IMG/VR virus record: IMGVR_UViG_3300028129_000026
Span: 1 to 37,498 of that record
Reading direction: 5' to 3' (one strand)
Origin: a virus
Taxonomy: Duplodnaviria; Caudoviricetes
Length of the DNA: 37,498 nt
The first letter of the stretch is position 1. Each line of letters begins with the position of its first letter. Positions 34,715 to 37,498 of this stretch are shown here, in pieces. The position numbers and the translations under genes are program-made. The notes beneath the pieces were generated by a model. The model was given only the letters and a program-made list of their open reading frames with translations, had not been told where the DNA came from and did no database searches.

Positions 34715-36031
34715 TTATATGCTATGTAGATTTGAGTTAGTTATATCATCCGTTTCTATTAAACGCATATAATTCCAATCAATGTCTAATTTACACTTAG
34801 TTCCTTTACCTTCACCATCTCTAATCTTTAATAATTTAAGCCAATATTCTGCGTTAGCTCTCATTAAATCATCTTGAATAATACCTAACATAACATCTGC
34901 TGTATGTGAAAGACCTGCAGATTCTGCAATATCTGTCATTCCAATATCGGATGAATTATAACCATTTCTTGTGATTTGAGTTGCAGTAACAATTAACCAA
35001 TTATTACGTATGCCCATTGCTCGAAGGTCTTCAGCAATTTGCTTAATTTTCATATAAGTGTTTTCTGTATTTTGATTTCTATAATTAGCTAAAATGTTAA
35101 TATAGTCAATTACTACAGCTCCTACTTTAATTTGTCTTTCTTCTTCTATTTGACTAACATAAGCTTCAATATCTAACACAGTAGCCTGTGATGTTGGAAA
35201 CTGTTTAACAAACAATTCACCAGGTGGTGTAAATCCATCACCGACTGCTTCTAGTCTACGTTGTACATGTTCTTTATTTTTAGCCTTTTCAGCATAGTCA
35301 TTAATATTAATACTAAGTAGATTAGAACCAATACGTTTTACAAACTTATGAGCAGCCATTTCTGCAGTAATAACTACAGTATTTGTACCCATTTTTACAA
35401 AGTTAGCAGCATCATTTGCTAAGTAAATAGACTTACCAATGTTTTGTTCACCAGCATATACAATTAAATTACCACCTTTATCATAACCACCTCCAAGTAG
35501 TCTATCTAAAAAGTTATATCCGGTACTTACCTTTTCGGATTCTTTCTGATCATGTGAGTCTACCTCAAAAAAGTTAAGCCCTAGATCTGAATTAAATGTT
35601 AGATTATTTCTATCATTAATTAAACCCTTAACCTTTTGTATAACTGAGTCTGCATTTTCTGGAGTTACTTGTGTAGTTTTAATATACTCAATAGTATCAA
35701 ATAGAGACGTATCGAAAGTTCTCCATTTAATCCATGATTCTGCAGTACTAGTTAACCATTCTTCGTCATACTGATCTAAGTCTACTTGGAATAACATATC
35801 CAATATATTATCAGTGACTTTATCTTTAGCTTTATTAGAGTGGCTTACTAGTAGCTTAATTTGCTCTTGTGTTGGAGTCTCATTAAACTTAGTATAGAAT
35901 TTATTAGCCAAGTGACTAAGCACATCAATCTCTTCGGACGTATAATATCCACTTTTAATTGCTTGTAGGTATTTAGGCTTTTGTAAAGAAAGTCTAAAGA
36001 ATATTTTCTCAAAATCTTGTCCGAATTGCAT
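34715..36031 (-). CDS. gp41: Replicative DNA helicase (gp41/DnaB-like)
   Basis: Walker A GEQNIGKS, ITAEM, VKQFPT, VIDYINI, IAEDLR, TATQITR and ESAGL..TAD motifs. Confidence 0.95.
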   Translation of the reverse strand: MQFGQDFEKIFFRLSLQKPKYLQAIKSGYYTSEEIDVLSHLANKFYTKFNETPTQEQIKLLVSHSNKAKDKVTDNILDMLFQVDLDQYDEEWLTSTAESWIKWRTFDTSLFDTIEYIKTTQVTPENADSVIQKVKGLINDRNNLTFNSDLGLNFFEVDSHDQKESEKVSTGYNFLDRLLGGGYDKGGNLIVYAGEQNIGKSIYLANDAANFVKMGTNTVVITAEMAAHKFVKRIGSNLLSININDYAEKAKNKEHVQRRLEAVGDGFTPPGELFVKQFPTSQATVLDIEAYVSQIEEERQIKVGAVVIDYINILANYRNQNTENTYMKIKQIAEDLRAMGIRNNWLIVTATQITRNGYNSSDIGMTDIAESAGLSHTADVMLGIIQDDLMRANAEYWLKLLKIRDGEGKGTKCKLDIDWNYMRLIETDDITNSNLHSI

Positions 36032-36041
36032 ATATATTATT

Positions 36042-36614
36042 TTAAGGTTCTATGCTAAATGAACCACTTTGTTTACCGGTAGGTTCCGTAGACCAAAGAT
36101 TAATTGCAATAGCCTTTCTAACACCACTAGTAACATTACTTACTCTATGATAATATTTACCAGCATCGAAAATAACTAATCTATTAGGCCTTGCATATAT
36201 TCTTTCTGGATCTTTGTCTGGGCCATGTGAATAAATTTCTAGCATTCCACCTTCAAATAAGTCTTGCTCCGGATAATAAACTGTGCCGATGTCTGGTGTT
36301 GACAATTCGCCAGTAGCTTTCATTAATTCTTCATCTTTATCAATATGTAGCTCAAGCTTATTATTAAAACCATCATCTACTGAAGACTGAATGCCAGTCC
36401 AATACTCAAAACCTTCTATTGTAAATATTTCATTTATAGGACAGTTTTCTGCCCAAATATATTCTATAAGTTCTTTTTTAACTGAGTTTGTCGGACTATT
36501 CCACCAACCATCCCACCAGTAATATTCACCTGGATCATTAAAAAAATTAGAGTCATTTTGGATCTTATCAAGAAGTACTCTATCCTTTACAAAGTTATCT
36601 ATTACTATTATCAT
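36042..36614 (-). CDS. 2OG-Fe(II) oxygenase (prolyl hydroxylase-like)
   Basis: VIDNF, HxD (HIDKDE), GGML, NRLVIFDAG..YHRV and terminal R.AIAINLW motifs. Confidence 0.88.
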   Translation of the reverse strand: MIIVIDNFVKDRVLLDKIQNDSNFFNDPGEYYWWDGWWNSPTNSVKKELIEYIWAENCPINEIFTIEGFEYWTGIQSSVDDGFNNKLELHIDKDEELMKATGELSTPDIGTVYYPEQDLFEGGMLEIYSHGPDKDPERIYARPNRLVIFDAGKYYHRVSNVTSGVRKAIAINLWSTEPTGKQSGSFSIEP

Positions 36615-36910
36615 TCAAATGGGTTTATTAAAATTTTATATGCTTCTTTACCTTCTTCATTATTAGTTTGTTCTAATAGACCTAAGTTTTTTAAGTCTTT
36701 TAAAGATTCTAATAAATGTGGTTGTTCTGTTTCAGGGAATCTATATGTCTTTAAAGCATGAAGTGTGAAGCTACCCTTATATCTGTCAGGGCTACGCTCA
36801 CACATTCTTACTTCATTATAGACAATATCAAATCCGGTCGGATATCCTGGAAGATCTTTTTCTATGCCGAGAATATACTTTATTGGAGTATTATCCTCAT
36901 TAATCTTCAT
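36611..36910 (-). CDS. Hypothetical protein (99 aa), possibly winged-helix
   Basis: Overlaps both neighbours. C-terminal LKDLKNLGLLEQ....YKI is wHTH-like. Confidence 0.6.
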   Translation of the reverse strand: MKINEDNTPIKYILGIEKDLPGYPTGFDIVYNEVRMCERSPDRYKGSFTLHALKTYRFPETEQPHLLESLKDLKNLGLLEQTNNEEGKEAYKILINPFE

Positions 36911-37496
36911 CTGTTGCGCTCATTAATTCATCAACATTAAGCTCTGTACTTGTATTATAGTTAAATAAGTCATAAACTTTTTTATCGATTTTTTCTAAAA
37001 TTTCTTGCGTAAATACTTTTTCACTAAAGAATTCTTTATTTGATACAACCTCATCTATGTGTTTACAAATCCAGCCCCTTGCTGTTGCCTTTGGAGTTTT
37101 AACACCCTTTTCAATCTTACCTCTAGTAATACCTATATCTTCCCAGTCAATATATTGTTCTAGGCCTACATATTTGTTCATACCTTCACTAAAGTGTAAG
37201 TGGAATTTAATAGGGTGTGGTTTTGCAAATCTGTTTTTATTTGGTTTTGCATTTACAATAATTCCAGCTTTTTCTCCACCTTCTTTAAGTTGTGCTTTAC
37301 CTAAGAATAAAACAATTGATGCTGCATATTCTGGTCCAGTTCCACCACCAGCAACTTGTCTTGAAATAAAGTCTTGAGTCTGGTATGTGTGGTTAGTAAA
37401 TAAGAATGGAATTTTTAAATCAGCCAATGGCGTCATAATAATTCTAAAGATAGACTTAAGAATCTTAGAACGTGTCATATCTGATTTTTCAGATCC
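36900..37496 (-). CDS. uvsX: RecA-like recombinase UvsX, C-terminal part (5' end beyond the window)
   Basis: DMTRSK..KSIFR, FTNHTY, GGGTGPEYAAS and KNRFAKP motifs. The frame is open to the window edge. Confidence 0.92.
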   Translation of the reverse strand, partial: GSEKSDMTRSKILKSIFRIIMTPLADLKIPFLFTNHTYQTQDFISRQVAGGGTGPEYAASIVLFLGKAQLKEGGEKAGIIVNAKPNKNRFAKPHPIKFHLHFSEGMNKYVGLEQYIDWEDIGITRGKIEKGVKTPKATARGWICKHIDEVVSNKEFFSEKVFTQEILEKIDKKVYDLFNYNTSTELNVDELMSATDED

Positions 37497-37498
37497 AG

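Noticed and set aside
34715-34740. CATATAA at the helicase stop as another middle-type promoter
   Set aside because: It lacks AAAC at the 15-nt spacing, having only CTAAC at 14 nt.
5346-37377. Numerous plus-strand ORFs in the track (e.g. 8793..9188, 15061..15369, 26471..26794, 37057..37377)
   Set aside because: They are antisense shadows of well-supported minus-strand genes and show no recognisable motifs.
1-37498. Stop-codon reassignment as in Lak megaphages
   Set aside because: Core genes are full length in the standard code, coding density is high, and TAG (34261) and TGA (33144, 36611) act as stops at tight gene junctions.

Overview
This is a 37.5 kb, AT-rich, gene-dense segment of a large T4-like myovirus genome. 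Almost all genes lie on the minus strand and read in the standard genetic code. It holds the virion morphogenesis core: tape-measure-like protein, tail chaperone pair, tube gp19, sheath gp18, terminases, neck gp14-like, major capsid gp23, fused protease-scaffold gp21/22, portal gp20, gp2, gp4 and gp15. These are interleaved with replication and recombination genes (RNase H, clamp loader, gp46/47, gp41 helicase, UvsX), a gp55-like late sigma factor and a 2OG-Fe(II) oxygenase. A-rich starts lacking Shine-Dalgarno sites suggest a Bacteroidota host (inference). The main observations read directly from the DNA are: (1) an exact octamer GATATATA before 12 late/structural genes, in place of the T4 TATAAATA; (2) a second bipartite motif (G/T)AAAC-N15-(C/T)ATATAA before non-structural genes, including the gp55-like gene; (3) a long-range, G-U-compatible RNA duplex enclosing an entire 104-aa gene; (4) a candidate +1 frameshift joining the tail chaperone ORFs; (5) a structured capsid-gene leader; (6) a repeat-containing putative head polyprotein. 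No tRNA, rRNA, CRISPR array, intron or mobile element was recognised. All protein calls come from motif recognition by eye, not database searches.
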